A stretch of 64,000 nt of DNA from an uncultured Gemmatimonadaceae bacterium (GTDB taxonomy: Bacteria; Gemmatimonadota; Gemmatimonadetes; Gemmatimonadales; Gemmatimonadaceae), in contig CAWHHI010000016.1 of NCBI GenBank assembly GCA_963829055.1, forward strand, positions 1 through 64,000. Reading direction: 5' to 3'. The notes under the pieces were generated by a model. It was given only the letters and a program-made list of their open reading frames with translations. It did not search any database and was not told the DNA's origin. Positions 10,146-20,865 of this stretch are shown here, piece by piece. The position numbers and the translations under genes were made by a program. The stretch's first letter is position 1. Each line of letters begins with the position of its first letter.

Positions 10146-11014
10146 TTAGAGAGTCTGGAAGCCTGCCACGGCCGGCTGCGCGTCGACTTGCCGAACTGGC
10201 GCGCCAGCGGCATGAGGACCAGCATTCCAACAATGGCGACCACCGCGATCATGACGACCACTTTGGGATCGTCGAAGTTCTGACCGCCGACCACGAGCGC
10301 CGCGGCAATGTTCCGTTGCGCCGTGCCGAGGGCCAGCACGCTCTTCGCGTCGCGGGATCGACCCGCCAAGCAGCCATCCGACCGCGAGGCCCACCAGCAG
10401 AAACACGACGCTCGCCAGGATGCCTCGAGTTCCGAACAGGCTCACAATGTTTCGGGCGTTCGTTACCACGATCAGCACCATCATCATCGTTAGGCTCGCC
10501 GACGAGACGCGATTGAGCACCGGTGCCGCTCGGCCTGCGACGGCGGCCGCGCGAGCCCGAACTACGAGTCCGAAGAACAGGGGGAGCAGCATGAGCAGCA
10601 CGAGCGATCGAGCGATCTGCATCGGGTCGACCGAGACGCCCTGGAGCAGCAGCGGCATCACGACGAGGCATGTAGCCGACCGTGAGCACCATGAGAAGCA
10701 CCATCAAGCCAACGGAAAAGGCGAGATTGCCCTCTGCGACGCTTGCGAGCTTCGGAAGGAACGGCGCGCCGGCGGCCGCGCCGAGGATGATGCAGAGCCA
10801 CGCCAAGTGGCTGCGCGAGCTGAAGCACTCGCGCAATCAGGATCGCGGCGAGCGGCATCAAGACGAAGTTCGCCAGCACGGCCAGCGTGAGCAGCTTGCC
10901 GTTGCGCAACGGTGTGACGATCTCGCGCACGGTGAGGCTCAAGCCTACCGCGAGCATGCTCGACACCACGAAGGTGAGCAGGGCAATGGGAACGGCTTTG
11001 GCCAAGGCTTCCAA
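10146..11014 (-). CDS. Bile acid:sodium symporter (BASS) family transporter (frameshifted)
   Basis: SMLAVGL, LANFVLMP, AAGAPFLPKLA, LGTAQRNIAAAL. Confidence 0.85.
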
Positions 11015-11071
11015 GAGAACTCTCCAGAAATCGACGCGGTGAGTTCGGACCGTCGGTGACGACTGCGCGCG

Positions 11072-12090
11072 CTACATCCTCGCCAGGTTTCGCCAGAAGT
11101 TCACCAGGCTGTCCGTTCCGCCGAACAGCGTCGTGAAAATCGTCGAGTCGACCATCACAATGTGTCCGGCGCGCTCGTCCTTCGGCGGCATCCAGAGACA
11201 GGAGTTGAACTCGGTGTTGCCCGCATCAGTGAACGGATGCGGGCGCTCACGATCCACCGGCTGCCGCGTCAGGACGTGGATCGACGCGTCGGATCCGCGG
11301 ACGTCACCGCATAGTGCGGCAGGTGCAGGTGAAAGTTGAACGTGGTGACGCCATCGAGCAGTCCGAGCTTGTCGAGGTCTTTGTTGACGGTGAGCGGCGT
11401 GATTTGATTCGTGCCCTTCACGACGGCCGGTCGAAGACCGAATTGATTCAGCACCGGCACGTCGAGCGCCTTCATCAACGATCGCGTGTACTGGCCGAAG
11501 CGTTGCTGGCGTGGCACGAGCTCGTCGCCGTGGTGGCGGTACTCCATCTGACGCTGCTTCAGATCGGAGGTGAAGCCCACGTCGTGATGCGGACCGATCA
11601 AGCAGGCAGGTGTCCTCTCGCTTCAGCCACTCTCTGATGGCCGCAATCTCGTCGGGCGAGTGCCTCCTGTTCCGCAAGCAGGTGGTCCAATCCGAACACG
11701 AGGAGCGTGTCGGTGTCGTCCAGAATCCGCTTATCGATCGGCAGCTTGTACCCGGCCTGATCGATGCGCTGAAATACGGCGACCGGATGGCCGGTGACAT
11801 CGCAGACCACCTTCTGGAAATCGAGCGTGGATCGATGGAACAGCTCGAGCGTTCCGGCGATCCCCTGCAGGAAGTTCATCGCGTCCCACTCTGGCGTCTC
11901 GTACGCCGGCCACGCTACACGCCGCACCTCCGTGATCGTCGAGAAGCGGTTGTCCAAGCTCGGTCGTATCGCGATTGGCTTCCCACGGATAGCTCCAGGT
12001 CCAGTAGATGCTCACGCGACGCTTTCCCGGCGTATACCGGCGAGGCACGTGATTCTGGTTGTACGTTCGTGGCGGCTGTGTAATGCTCAT
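11072..12090 (-). CDS. Conserved-looking hypothetical protein of the DyP operon (frameshifted)
   Basis: Starts MSITQPPRTYNQNHVPRR..SIYWTWSYPWE after an RBS; continues in ORFs 11598-11957, 11269-11601, 11072-11800. Confidence 0.8.
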
Positions 12091-12137
12091 GGTGCTCTCC
12101 CTCTTGTTCGCGCAACTCCGCCCGACAAATCGGGCCG

Positions 12138-13083
12138 TCAGAACGTGAGTGAGCCGGAGATCTGCAGCGCGTAACCCTGAAAGGTCGATTTGTTGGCGAA
12201 CTCGTCGAAGTACTTGAGCCCGAGACTCGACTTGCGCGACGGGCAGGTTGATGTTGGCTGCGAACCCGATCGCATTGATGTCGTAGCGCGCGGACGATTG
12301 CTCCGGCGTGATCGCCGGACCGCTCTTGTCCGAGGTCTGTCGCTGCTCGTAGCCCACCACGCCGATCTGCAGGTCGACTTCCTTCGTCAGCGCCGACGGT
12401 GTGCGTGACGGAGTAGTCCAGGTTGAACGTGTCTCCCGGCCTAACGTCGGTGCCTTCCTGCGTTCCATGGACCTCGTACATCTCGAACGCGGAGATTGCG
12501 GTTCGCTTGTCGCTCGTTAGGTAGACGCTCTGTCCGGACGCGACCACGTTGGTCCAGTATCCGGAGCCGACGTTGTCGGATGCCCCGGCCGCGAATCTGC
12601 CGGTGGGGGCCAGAAAGCCGTAGATCGCCTTGAGCCCGACGCGAGTCTTCTCCCAGCCGAGAATGAGAGGCTGATAGTAGGAGTCGGCGAATCCTCCACC
12701 ACCGCTCACGGCACCGGTCGCGTCGGATGAGAGCGAGTTGTTCGCGAAGGGCAGCGTCGCGGAGGCGGCGTAGCGAGCGCCTCCGAGGATCGGCGTTCCG
12801 GCTGGCCCAGGCGAACGTGTTCATGTCCATGAGAACGGAGTTGCCGCCGGTGGCGAGCAACCTCACCGTCTGCGCCTCGCGATTCATCGCGCGCATAGAG
12901 GATGAAGAGATTCGTGTACGTCAAACCCGCCGCCGGAGTGGCGCCGGAGTTCGTGGCGCTCATGCCGAGCGGGTACACGCCTCTGTTCTGTGCCGACGCC
13001 GAGTCGCACACCGCGAACACGAGCGCCGCGATCCGCAGCGAACGGCTCGCTCGTCGAGTCACATGAGCGCTCGAACGATGCAT
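12138..13083 (-). CDS. SphA / MetA-pathway-of-phenol-degradation family outer-membrane channel (frameshifted)
   Basis: Signal peptide, YPLG, GFADSYYQPLILGW, LAPTGRF..NVGSGYW, C-terminal Phe (GSLTF). Confidence 0.8.
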
Positions 13084-13109
13084 GTCGCCTCGCGCGGGGC
13101 ATCGAGCCG

Positions 13110-14453
13110 TCACGACGAAGTCGGGACGTCGCGCTGGCCGGCCAGGTAGCGGAGCGCCTTGAGCCCGGGCAGGAAGAAGTACGCTCCACCCCTGACGGTC
13201 GTGAACGCCGGGATCCCGGTGATCCGCTTCTTTATCGGTCGCTTCGGGATCTTGAATTCGAGTGTGCCGTCCTGCGTGCCGATGATCGGATCGCGCTCGT
13301 TGCCGAGCTCGTGGAAGTTCTTGTCGTTGATCCACACGTTCTGCGCGAACTCGAACTGGCGAATCAGGCTCGCACAGATCACGAACGCCGCGATCCCGCG
13401 TTCCACGCCGTCTTCCGACGCAGACTCCGGAAGCGGCGGACCGTACGTGGCGCCGCGCCGAATCATTCGTCGCCGATTCATGTTGGCCGCCGTGTCCCGC
13501 GGATTCATCCGCCGGCAGTGCGAGCCAAGTGGCACGGCGTACCCGTGCGGATCCATCTCCTTGTAGTTGAAGTCGTTGTTGCGCTGCATATCCGCGCCAA
13601 GCGCCGCATCGTCCGCGTTAGGCGCGAGCACCAGCGGTGCGCCGCTGCGCCAGCGGCCCATGAGCTTGGCCGCCACGAGCTCCTGCTCCTCGGGAGTTTG
13701 CCCGTGCTCGCGCAGGAAGTCGCGAAACGCGCCGACGTGCTCCTGCAGCCGTCGATACGCCATGAAGCTGCCGTTGCGTGCAAGCACCTCGGGCTGCGGC
13801 AGGTTCTGCTGAGGACCATCCTCGTCGGGATACCCAAGAATGAACTCGCCCGGCTTGAGCGGAGCCCCCGATCCAGGCGTCGGCTGCTCGCCACTGCCCT
13901 CCATGACGGGCTGCGAAAGCCTGTCGCGGTATCCGAAGTGATCGTGGGCGTAGTCGAACGGCGGAGTCGCCTCCAGCTCCAGCGATGACAGCACCTCGAC
14001 GCCATCACACTGCGCGAGAAGGTTCGCGTGCTCGGCCAGGCTGCGCGCGCGTTCCGCGCCGTCGCGGGCGAAGAGGATGGCGATCGCGTGCAGGTCCGGG
14101 CTCGCCAGGCCTCCCACCCAATGGTCGGGATGATTGGATCCGGTATCGCCCAGCATCTCCGCGCGCGCCGCCATGCCCTGCTTGAACTCCTCGGGAAAGC
14201 TGCAGAGCGACGCCTCGTCGAGTCCGAGCGCGCGCAATCCATTCCAGGTGAAGGCGAGCGTCACCCATCGCTTGCTGGAAGCGAGCGATGACTGCACCTC
14301 GGCCGCCGATCGCACCTTGTCGACGAGACCATTCAGCCATGCGCGACCGGCCGTCGCGTCTCGGAACGAAACGAAGACGTATTCGCCCGTCAGCGCTGGC
14401 GTTCGCGTCAGCAGGATGTGCTGGATGTCGTCCAACTCGAGCATGTCGGCCAT
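13110..14453 (-). CDS. Dyp-type peroxidase
   Basis: LELDDIQ, HFGYRD, GEFILGY, NGSFMAYRRL, AAKLMGRW, GSHCRRMNPRD, RRGATYG, GGAYFFLPG. Confidence 0.92.
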   Translation of the reverse strand: MADMLELDDIQHILLTRTPALTGEYVFVSFRDATAGRAWLNGLVDKVRSAAEVQSSLASSKRWVTLAFTWNGLRALGLDEASLCSFPEEFKQGMAARAEMLGDTGSNHPDHWVGGLASPDLHAIAILFARDGAERARSLAEHANLLAQCDGVEVLSSLELEATPPFDYAHDHFGYRDRLSQPVMEGSGEQPTPGSGAPLKPGEFILGYPDEDGPQQNLPQPEVLARNGSFMAYRRLQEHVGAFRDFLREHGQTPEEQELVAAKLMGRWRSGAPLVLAPNADDAALGADMQRNNDFNYKEMDPHGYAVPLGSHCRRMNPRDTAANMNRRRMIRRGATYGPPLPESASEDGVERGIAAFVICASLIRQFEFAQNVWINDKNFHELGNERDPIIGTQDGTLEFKIPKRPIKKRITGIPAFTTVRGGAYFFLPGLKALRYLAGQRDVPTSS

Positions 14454-14462
14454 GCGCACTCG

Positions 14463-15030
14463 CTACTGCATCTGGTCGAGCATGGTCGAGAACGAGTCCT
14501 TGAGCCGCAGCGCCTTCTTGATTTCGTCCGCGCTCACATACGGGTACTCGGCGTACTCCAGAAAGCTCGGCCGCTGGTGCTCGCGCACGAACTTGATGAA
14601 CGCGGGCGTGTTCGACTTCCAGTCTGCGGGAAATCCCTCGAGGTTCTCGAAGATCGTATTGATGCCGTACTTCGTGAAGAGCGCCACGGCATCCTCGGTG
14701 TACTTGTCGAAGTCGGTGTCGAAGATCCCCTGATACATGAAGTACGTATCGGCCCCGATGTCGAAGAGCACCCAGCGCAGGTAATGCAGCCTGAGCACGG
14801 CGAGGCCATCGGGGAGCCCGGCGATCGTGTCCTCGATCTTCTTCCCGTACTCTCGAATGGCGGCCTCTGTCCCGGGCTTGATCTTCGCGATGATGGTGAA
14901 GCCGTAGTTGGCGGGCGTCTTCGGGAAGATGGGACCGTATCGGCCCTGCTCGAGCTTGAAGAATCCCTCTTTCGGGATCGCCATCGCGGCGGGCTGCTTC
15001 CAGTCGGCTTGCGGTCGAGTTACCTGACAT
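14463..15030 (-). CDS. DyP-associated hypothetical protein (5' end frameshifted; in-frame part starts at 14984)
   Basis: LHYLRWVLFD, YQGIFDTDFDKYTED, FENLEGFP; strong coding bias. Confidence 0.85.
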
Positions 15031-15367
15031 GGGACGGCCTCTCGAGAGTGGGAGTGGTGCGTTAGGTGGAAAGCGGCGTTGCCGTCAGGAAGGCATTCAG
15101 CCTCGACGGCCGCTACGCAGTGCTTCGGACTTGCGGCGTACGTGCTCTACCCTTGAGTTACCGGGGCGTCGGCGGCCAGAACAGTGGACCAAGGTTTCGG
15201 GTGACGCACGGCTCTGGCTGCTCGTGGCCCGCTCAGTCGTTGACCGATGCTTCCCATTCGTCCGATATCGCGTCCCGCAGGTCGGGTGACAGCTTGGCAT
15301 TGTCGCTTGGAGCCCGGACGGTCCGGCGACGATCGCATCAACGCTGACACGCATCCGCTGGAGGCCC

Positions 15368-15730
15368 ATGGGTAAGCGTCGCATCCGAAACACGCCCCAC
15401 GCCGTAGGAGACCACGGCCCCAAGACCGCGCGGCACATCATCAGGCAGCTGCACTCCGCGCCGCCGAAGCCGCCAGCCGAGTCCTACATCGAGAGCGCCC
15501 GATCGAAGGCCGCGTTCGAGGGGAGGCGCCGGCTGGTGGAGGATCGGCAGCAGCACGACGAGGGCGAGAAGAACAGCGAGCATAAACGGCTCTTCATCGA
15601 GACGCGGCGTGGACGCGACAATGGGCCGAGCGACAACTCCGGCAACCTGCACGGTGTCCTCGGCAGCCGCGAGCATCGGGCCGACTTCAAGGAGCGTGGT
15701 CCGGACGGTCTGGTCAAACGGCGGCGATGA
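15368..15730 (+). CDS. Small hydrophilic basic hypothetical protein
   Basis: RBS GGAGG, 120-aa ORF with high GC3. Confidence 0.7.
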   Translation: MGKRRIRNTPHAVGDHGPKTARHIIRQLHSAPPKPPAESYIESARSKAAFEGRRRLVEDRQQHDEGEKNSEHKRLFIETRRGRDNGPSDNSGNLHGVLGSREHRADFKERGPDGLVKRRR

Positions 15731-15762
15731 TCTGACCGGAACGTTAGGCGATCGCCCCGGAG

Positions 15763-15885
15763 CCGGGCGGCGCGCTGATCATCGACGACTACGGCTCGTG
15801 GGAGGGGCGCGGAAGGCGACGGACGAATACGTCGCCGCGCTCCCGTGCCCGCCCCTCTTGCACCGCATCGACTTCACCGGACGAG
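15763..15885 (+). pseudogene. C-terminal fragment of a TylF/MycF/NovP-type O-methyltransferase
   Basis: PGGALIIDDYGSWEG / ARKATDEY...LLHRIDFTGR; no N-terminal part present. Confidence 0.65.
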
Positions 15886-15986
15886 GCGGTCACGTCCACC
15901 TAACGTCAGCGGGTTTCTATCGCCTAACTACTTCCGGGACTCGGTGTCAGTTCGAGCCAGCAGCTGGGTAAGCCCGGAACTCACGG

Positions 15987-16631
15987 TCAGCGGCGAAACG
16001 TGAAGCCGATCGAGACGGGGATGAACGTGGCCGTCCCCCGGTCGCTGCACTCCTCGCTCGACACCAGACATTCGGCGTCGGACGTCGCCCCGAACACCGC
16101 ATGGTATCGCGCCTCGATGAAGAAGGAGGAGCCCTTACCGACATGCAAACCGAAACCGCCATTGACGCCGAACTTCCACAAGCCCTCATCATTCAGCGAG
16201 CTGTTGTTGCAGAGGGCCGATGACTCCTTGCATTCCGCGTTGTTCTCGAAGTAGTACCCGCCGATGCCGCCGATGGCGTATGGGCGAATCGATGATTTCT
16301 CGAAGATGCCGAAGTAGAGGTTCGTGGTCCCGGCGAAGACTGAGGGCCTGGTCACCAGGTTGACCGCTGCCGCGCCGCCCGTACTCGCCACGTCCTCCTT
16401 GCCGAAATCGTGATAGAGCCCTTCGACGCGGAACTTGAACGCCGCGTCCCCGCGCCCGAAACTGGCGAAGCCGCCAGCATTCCACCCAGTCGCGGCCACG
16501 TCCGCGAGGGCGCTTGCCGGAACGGTAGTACCACCCATAATACCGAACGCGACTTGTGCGTCCGACCGCCCAGGTACGAGGGCGGCGGCGATCAGAATGC
16601 CCGAGACTCCGAGAACGACGTGTCGCATCAT
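15987..16631 (-). CDS. Outer-membrane beta-barrel protein (8-stranded, porin-like)
   Basis: Signal peptide, PYAIGGIGGY, FGVNGGFG, FFIEARYH, IPVSIGFTF. Confidence 0.85.
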   Translation of the reverse strand: MMRHVVLGVSGILIAAALVPGRSDAQVAFGIMGGTTVPASALADVAATGWNAGGFASFGRGDAAFKFRVEGLYHDFGKEDVASTGGAAAVNLVTRPSVFAGTTNLYFGIFEKSSIRPYAIGGIGGYYFENNAECKESSALCNNSSLNDEGLWKFGVNGGFGLHVGKGSSFFIEARYHAVFGATSDAECLVSSEECSDRGTATFIPVSIGFTFRR

Positions 16632-16865
16632 ATCCTCCTTAGGGATACGCGCAACATTGCCGGTTTGCCGTACGCGGCAATTGCGTCAAAGTCCCATGAC
16701 GTAGTTCAGATCGGCAGTTATAGGCCGCCTAACATGTGCACGGACCACCGCTGGCGCCGGCACCGGATGCGAATTCTACTGAAGGGGCCGGTTGGGGGTG
16801 GTCGTACCGGAGTACCGCACCGACGACGTGCACCTAACGACCGAGCTCGCGCGCTGCTTTCGTCT

Positions 16866-18902
16866 TCAGTTCCGGCTCGAGGTGGCTGACGTTCCCCGGA
16901 AATACTGGTCGATCCATTCCATCCACCGTCGCTGCACGTCGCGCTGGCTCACGGGATCCACCGCGTTATGTCCGGGCTGTGGGTACCCGACGAAGCGCGT
17001 CTCCACGCCGTTGTCCTTGAGTGCGTGATAGAGCTTGAACGCCTGCGTCGGCGGAACGCGGTAGTCGCCCGTGTTGGTCATGATGAGCGTCGGTGTGCGA
17101 ATCTTCGCCGCGTACGTGATGGGCGATTGCTCGACGTACGCCTTCAACCGCTCCGCACTCGTCCACGGCGAGCCGCCGAACCCGGACGCACGGCGCACGT
17201 TCGCGTCGCCCAGATTGTACTGGTCCATCCAGTCGGTGACCGGGGCGCCAGCGACGGCGGCACGCCAACCCGGGTAATGCCCCAGCAGCCACGACGTCAT
17301 GTAGCCGCCGTAGGACCAGCCGGAGACCGCCACGCGTGAATCATCGACGAACCCGCGCTTCTTGAGCACCTCGAGCCCGGCCATCACATCGCGGCCGGGA
17401 CCGGCGCCGGCGTCGTTCGTGATGGCGCGCTGGTACTTCTGGCCCAGCTGATCGCTGCCGCGGTAGTTCGGCTGGAAGACCAGCCAGCCGCGCGCCGCAA
17501 AGAGCTGCGCCTGCGCGGCGAACGTCTCGAGCGACGCGGCGCGCGGCCCACCGTGGATCACGAGGACGAGTGGATACTTGCGTCCCTGCTCGAAGCCGGG
17601 GGGATACGTGAGCGTGCCATTGTGGCGAAAACCGTCAGACTGCCACTCGATCACCTCCGTGCGCCCCAGCTCCAGCGCCGCGGTCGGCGCGTTGAGGTCG
17701 GTGAGCCGGCGCGGCGCGGCGCGCGCGGAGGACATGTAGTACAGCTCCGCCGGCACCGTTGGTGTGCTGCCGACGAACGCCAGCGCGCCGTCGTCGCCGA
17801 CATCGACGTCCACCCAGAACGACGACGCCGGGCTGACGCTTCCGAGGTCCAGCCGTCGCGCGGTGCCGCTCAGTGGCTGAAGCCAGAGTGACACTCTCGT
17901 GCCATCATTGGCGCCGACGATGAGCGACTGGCCGTCCGGCATCCAGAGCGCGCGCGCCATCTGGCGATCCAGCGCCGACGTTAGGCTCGTTCCCGTTCCC
18001 CCGGCGAACGGCGCGACGAAGATCTCGGTGATGTTGTTGGAGTCGCCATCGCGCGGGCGCGAGAAGGCGATACGCGACCCGTCCGGTGAAATCACAGGCT
18101 GACTCTCGAACTTCTCCTTCCCGGTAAGCGCGCGAGCGACCCCGCTTGCGACGTCGACGATGTGCACGCGAGCGCGGTCGAAGTCACCAGAGTGCGGCGA
18201 CTCGACGCGTGTGAACGCAATGAATCGCCCGTCGCGCGACCACGAGAGTGGCGATGCGGGAGGGCCTGGCGGAAAGCTGGTGGGGAGACTCCATGACCCC
18301 GACGTTAGGCGTCGGGCCTCGCCACCGTCAGTCGGCACGAGCCAGATGTGGGTCGGGCGGGGCGCCGCCTGGATCAGGTAATCGTCGTTCGTGATCTCGA
18401 ACGATGCGTTGAACCGCTCCGAGCCATCCTTCTTTTCGGCCTCGTCGCGCGTGGCGTAGGCGAAGCTGCGGCCGTCCGGCGACCACGCGAACTGTTGCAC
18501 GCCTTCGGGTGCGTTGCTCACGCGACGCACGTCGCCTCCGCCCGCCTGCGATACGTGAATCTGCGGGCGGGGCGGGGTGCCCGCCGTCGCGAGAAACGCA
18601 ATGCGATCACCCGACGGCGACCAGCGCGGACTTCCGACACCGCGCAAGTCCTTCGTCAGCGCGTGCCGCCCGCCTGTCGTCACGTCGACCAGCGTCAGCT
18701 CGGGGTCGTAGCGATTCTCATCGAAGTTCGCGCGCGACACCACCACGGCAATGGACCGGCCGTCAGGCGATAATTGCGGGTCGGCGAGGCGAACGATCCG
18801 ACCGAAGGCGTCGAGATCCATGCGCGTCGATTGCGCCGCGCCGACTACCGGCAGCAATAACGCCGCGTACACGAGCCACGCCATGCGCAGCAGGCATTTC
18901 AT
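16866..18902 (-). CDS. S9 family peptidase (acylaminoacyl/dipeptidyl peptidase) with beta-propeller
   Basis: WSPDG repeats, HGGP, GWSYGG, DYRVP, GH. Confidence 0.95.
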   Translation of the reverse strand: MKCLLRMAWLVYAALLLPVVGAAQSTRMDLDAFGRIVRLADPQLSPDGRSIAVVVSRANFDENRYDPELTLVDVTTGGRHALTKDLRGVGSPRWSPSGDRIAFLATAGTPPRPQIHVSQAGGGDVRRVSNAPEGVQQFAWSPDGRSFAYATRDEAEKKDGSERFNASFEITNDDYLIQAAPRPTHIWLVPTDGGEARRLTSGSWSLPTSFPPGPPASPLSWSRDGRFIAFTRVESPHSGDFDRARVHIVDVASGVARALTGKEKFESQPVISPDGSRIAFSRPRDGDSNNITEIFVAPFAGGTGTSLTSALDRQMARALWMPDGQSLIVGANDGTRVSLWLQPLSGTARRLDLGSVSPASSFWVDVDVGDDGALAFVGSTPTVPAELYYMSSARAAPRRLTDLNAPTAALELGRTEVIEWQSDGFRHNGTLTYPPGFEQGRKYPLVLVIHGGPRAASLETFAAQAQLFAARGWLVFQPNYRGSDQLGQKYQRAITNDAGAGPGRDVMAGLEVLKKRGFVDDSRVAVSGWSYGGYMTSWLLGHYPGWRAAVAGAPVTDWMDQYNLGDANVRRASGFGGSPWTSAERLKAYVEQSPITYAAKIRTPTLIMTNTGDYRVPPTQAFKLYHALKDNGVETRFVGYPQPGHNAVDPVSQRDVQRRWMEWIDQYFRGTSATSSRN

Positions 18903-19378
18903 GTCAGGTCTCTCCGAGTTGATGGTTCGGCGCCGACGCCTCCGATCGCCTAGGGGCCCGCGTCACGCAGCTCGATCGCGATCTCAATCGCCACCTCGGC
19001 ACGCCGGTCGCGCTCGTCGCCTGGCATCGCCTCCTCCGCGCGCCCCCGGTTTTCGACGGCGAGGCGATCGTCAATGGCCGCCGCCGCGACCGGCACCGGG
19101 TCGGGGAACTCCGGAAACCACACATCATAGTCGCCGCGGTCGTCGGACACTGGTCGGGCGCGGATTCCATCGGGTCGATCCATGACCCATCCGGGTGAAG
19201 TGAGCGATCAAGGTACGGCGACGCCAATAGTGACGCCACGTGGTACCGTGAGCCACGAGGCGACGTGCTCGTCCGTGGCGATCAGGCCCAGGCGCAAAGG
19301 CGCGACCCGCGCCACACGAGTCATTCGTCGTGACGTTCCGGAGCACCCGTGCGGTTGGCAGGAATGGACTGCACACCT

Positions 19379-20395
19379 CTACACGACTTCCGCGACGGTG
19401 ACGCTCGTTCCCGCCTCGCGCGCGCGTGTCGCGGCGACACCGACGCGCAACGCTTCCAGCCCGTCGTCGATGGTGATCGGGGGCGCCTTGGCGTGCTGCA
19501 CGTTGCGTGCGAAGTCCTGCAGCTGGTGCGTGTACGCGTCGCGGAAGCGCTCCATGAAGTACGGCACCGTGTCGTGCGACACGCCGCCGTCCTTCGTCAT
19601 GACCAGGATCGGCGTCTCGCGCAGGTACCCGATGCGAATGGTGCCCTCGAGGCCCAGGATCTCGGTGGAGATGTCGTAGCCGTAGATGCCGCTGCGCGTG
19701 AGGTCGACGACGCCGAGCTTGCCGCTCGTGAACGTTAGGCTGACGATGGCGTTGTCGATGTCGCCGACCGTCGCGAGCTCGGGGTAGGCGATCGTCGCGC
19801 CGATGGCGGACACGGTCCCGACGTCGCCCATGAACCACCGGGCGAGATCGAAGTCGTGGATGCCCATGTCGATCAGCATGCCGCCGCTGCTCGCGGGGTT
19901 GGCGTACTCGAGGCTGGGGCGGAACGGGTCGCGCGATGTCGCCTTGAACACGAGCGGCGTGCCGATGCGCCCAGCGTCGATCTGCTGCTTCGCAGCCGCG
20001 TAGCCTGCGTCGAACCGCCGCATGAAGCCCATCTGGAAGAACACCCCCGAGCGCTCGATCGCGGTCTTCATCGCCGCCACTTCGTCCAGCGAGAGCGCGG
20101 GCGGCTTCTCGCAGAACGTCGGCTTCTTACGTTCGGCGGCGGCGATCACGTGCTCGCGATGAAGCCGGGTCGGCGTCGCGATGACCACGGCGTCCACGGC
20201 CGCATCGTCGATGAGCGCCATGGGATCGGTGTAGGCGCGCGCCACGTCCAGCTCGGCCGCAACCTCCGCGGCCAGGCTACCGGCAGTATCGGCGACCGCG
20301 ACGAGACGCGTCTCGGGAATCCGACCGGCGAGGTCCCGCGCGTACACGCGCCCGAGCCGGCCCAGACCAATCAATCCAACGTTCAAGCGGGCCAC
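19379..20395 (-). CDS. iolG: Gfo/Idh/MocA oxidoreductase, inositol 2-dehydrogenase-like
   Basis: GLIGLGRLG, FCEKP, GFMRRFD, TSRDP, DMGIHDFD; GTG start with RBS. Confidence 0.85.
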   Translation of the reverse strand: MARLNVGLIGLGRLGRVYARDLAGRIPETRLVAVADTAGSLAAEVAAELDVARAYTDPMALIDDAAVDAVVIATPTRLHREHVIAAAERKKPTFCEKPPALSLDEVAAMKTAIERSGVFFQMGFMRRFDAGYAAAKQQIDAGRIGTPLVFKATSRDPFRPSLEYANPASSGGMLIDMGIHDFDLARWFMGDVGTVSAIGATIAYPELATVGDIDNAIVSLTFTSGKLGVVDLTRSGIYGYDISTEILGLEGTIRIGYLRETPILVMTKDGGVSHDTVPYFMERFRDAYTHQLQDFARNVQHAKAPPITIDDGLEALRVGVAATRAREAGTSVTVAEVV

Positions 20396-20865
20396 GATTC
20401 CTGTCCTCCAGGCGAGCGTTGGGTGTCGGCTGACGGCGAGTCTACACTCGCGTCCCGTTGACCAGGTCGGTCTGGCGCCACTGCCAAAGTTGTCGCGATA
20501 ACCCGCGGTTCGTTCGGCGCGATCGGCAGTGGGCATTCGCGATCCGGACCAGACACGCCGTCTAAAGTGACAGGTGTGTGACGGATGTGCACGGGCGTAG
20601 CGATGGCCTCGCTGCGGGTCCGATACCGTTCTGCTCGGTGCCGTCCGCCGCCAACCGTCGGCATCTCGCCGGTCCTCGCGTGCTGTTTACCGCCAGCGAG
20701 TTGCGAGCCAGCACCATGTTGCGAATCGTTAGGATTGTCGTTCACGCGTTAGGCGTCGATGCCGAGGCGTTGACGCTGATGCGTCGGCGACGATTGTCGC
20801 GCCGGCGTGATTGTCTCGGCGCGCGGTATGCGGGTGGAACCCAACGCCCACTCGAGGAGGGACCA

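Noticed and set aside
13110..13160. Encapsulin cargo-loading peptide on the DyP
   Set aside because: The C-terminus (GQRDVPTSS) lacks a GSLxIGSL-like motif and no encapsulin gene is nearby
18950..19239. Possible small acidic ORF between iolG and the S9 peptidase
   Set aside because: Needs a frameshift to assemble, no clear RBS or motif
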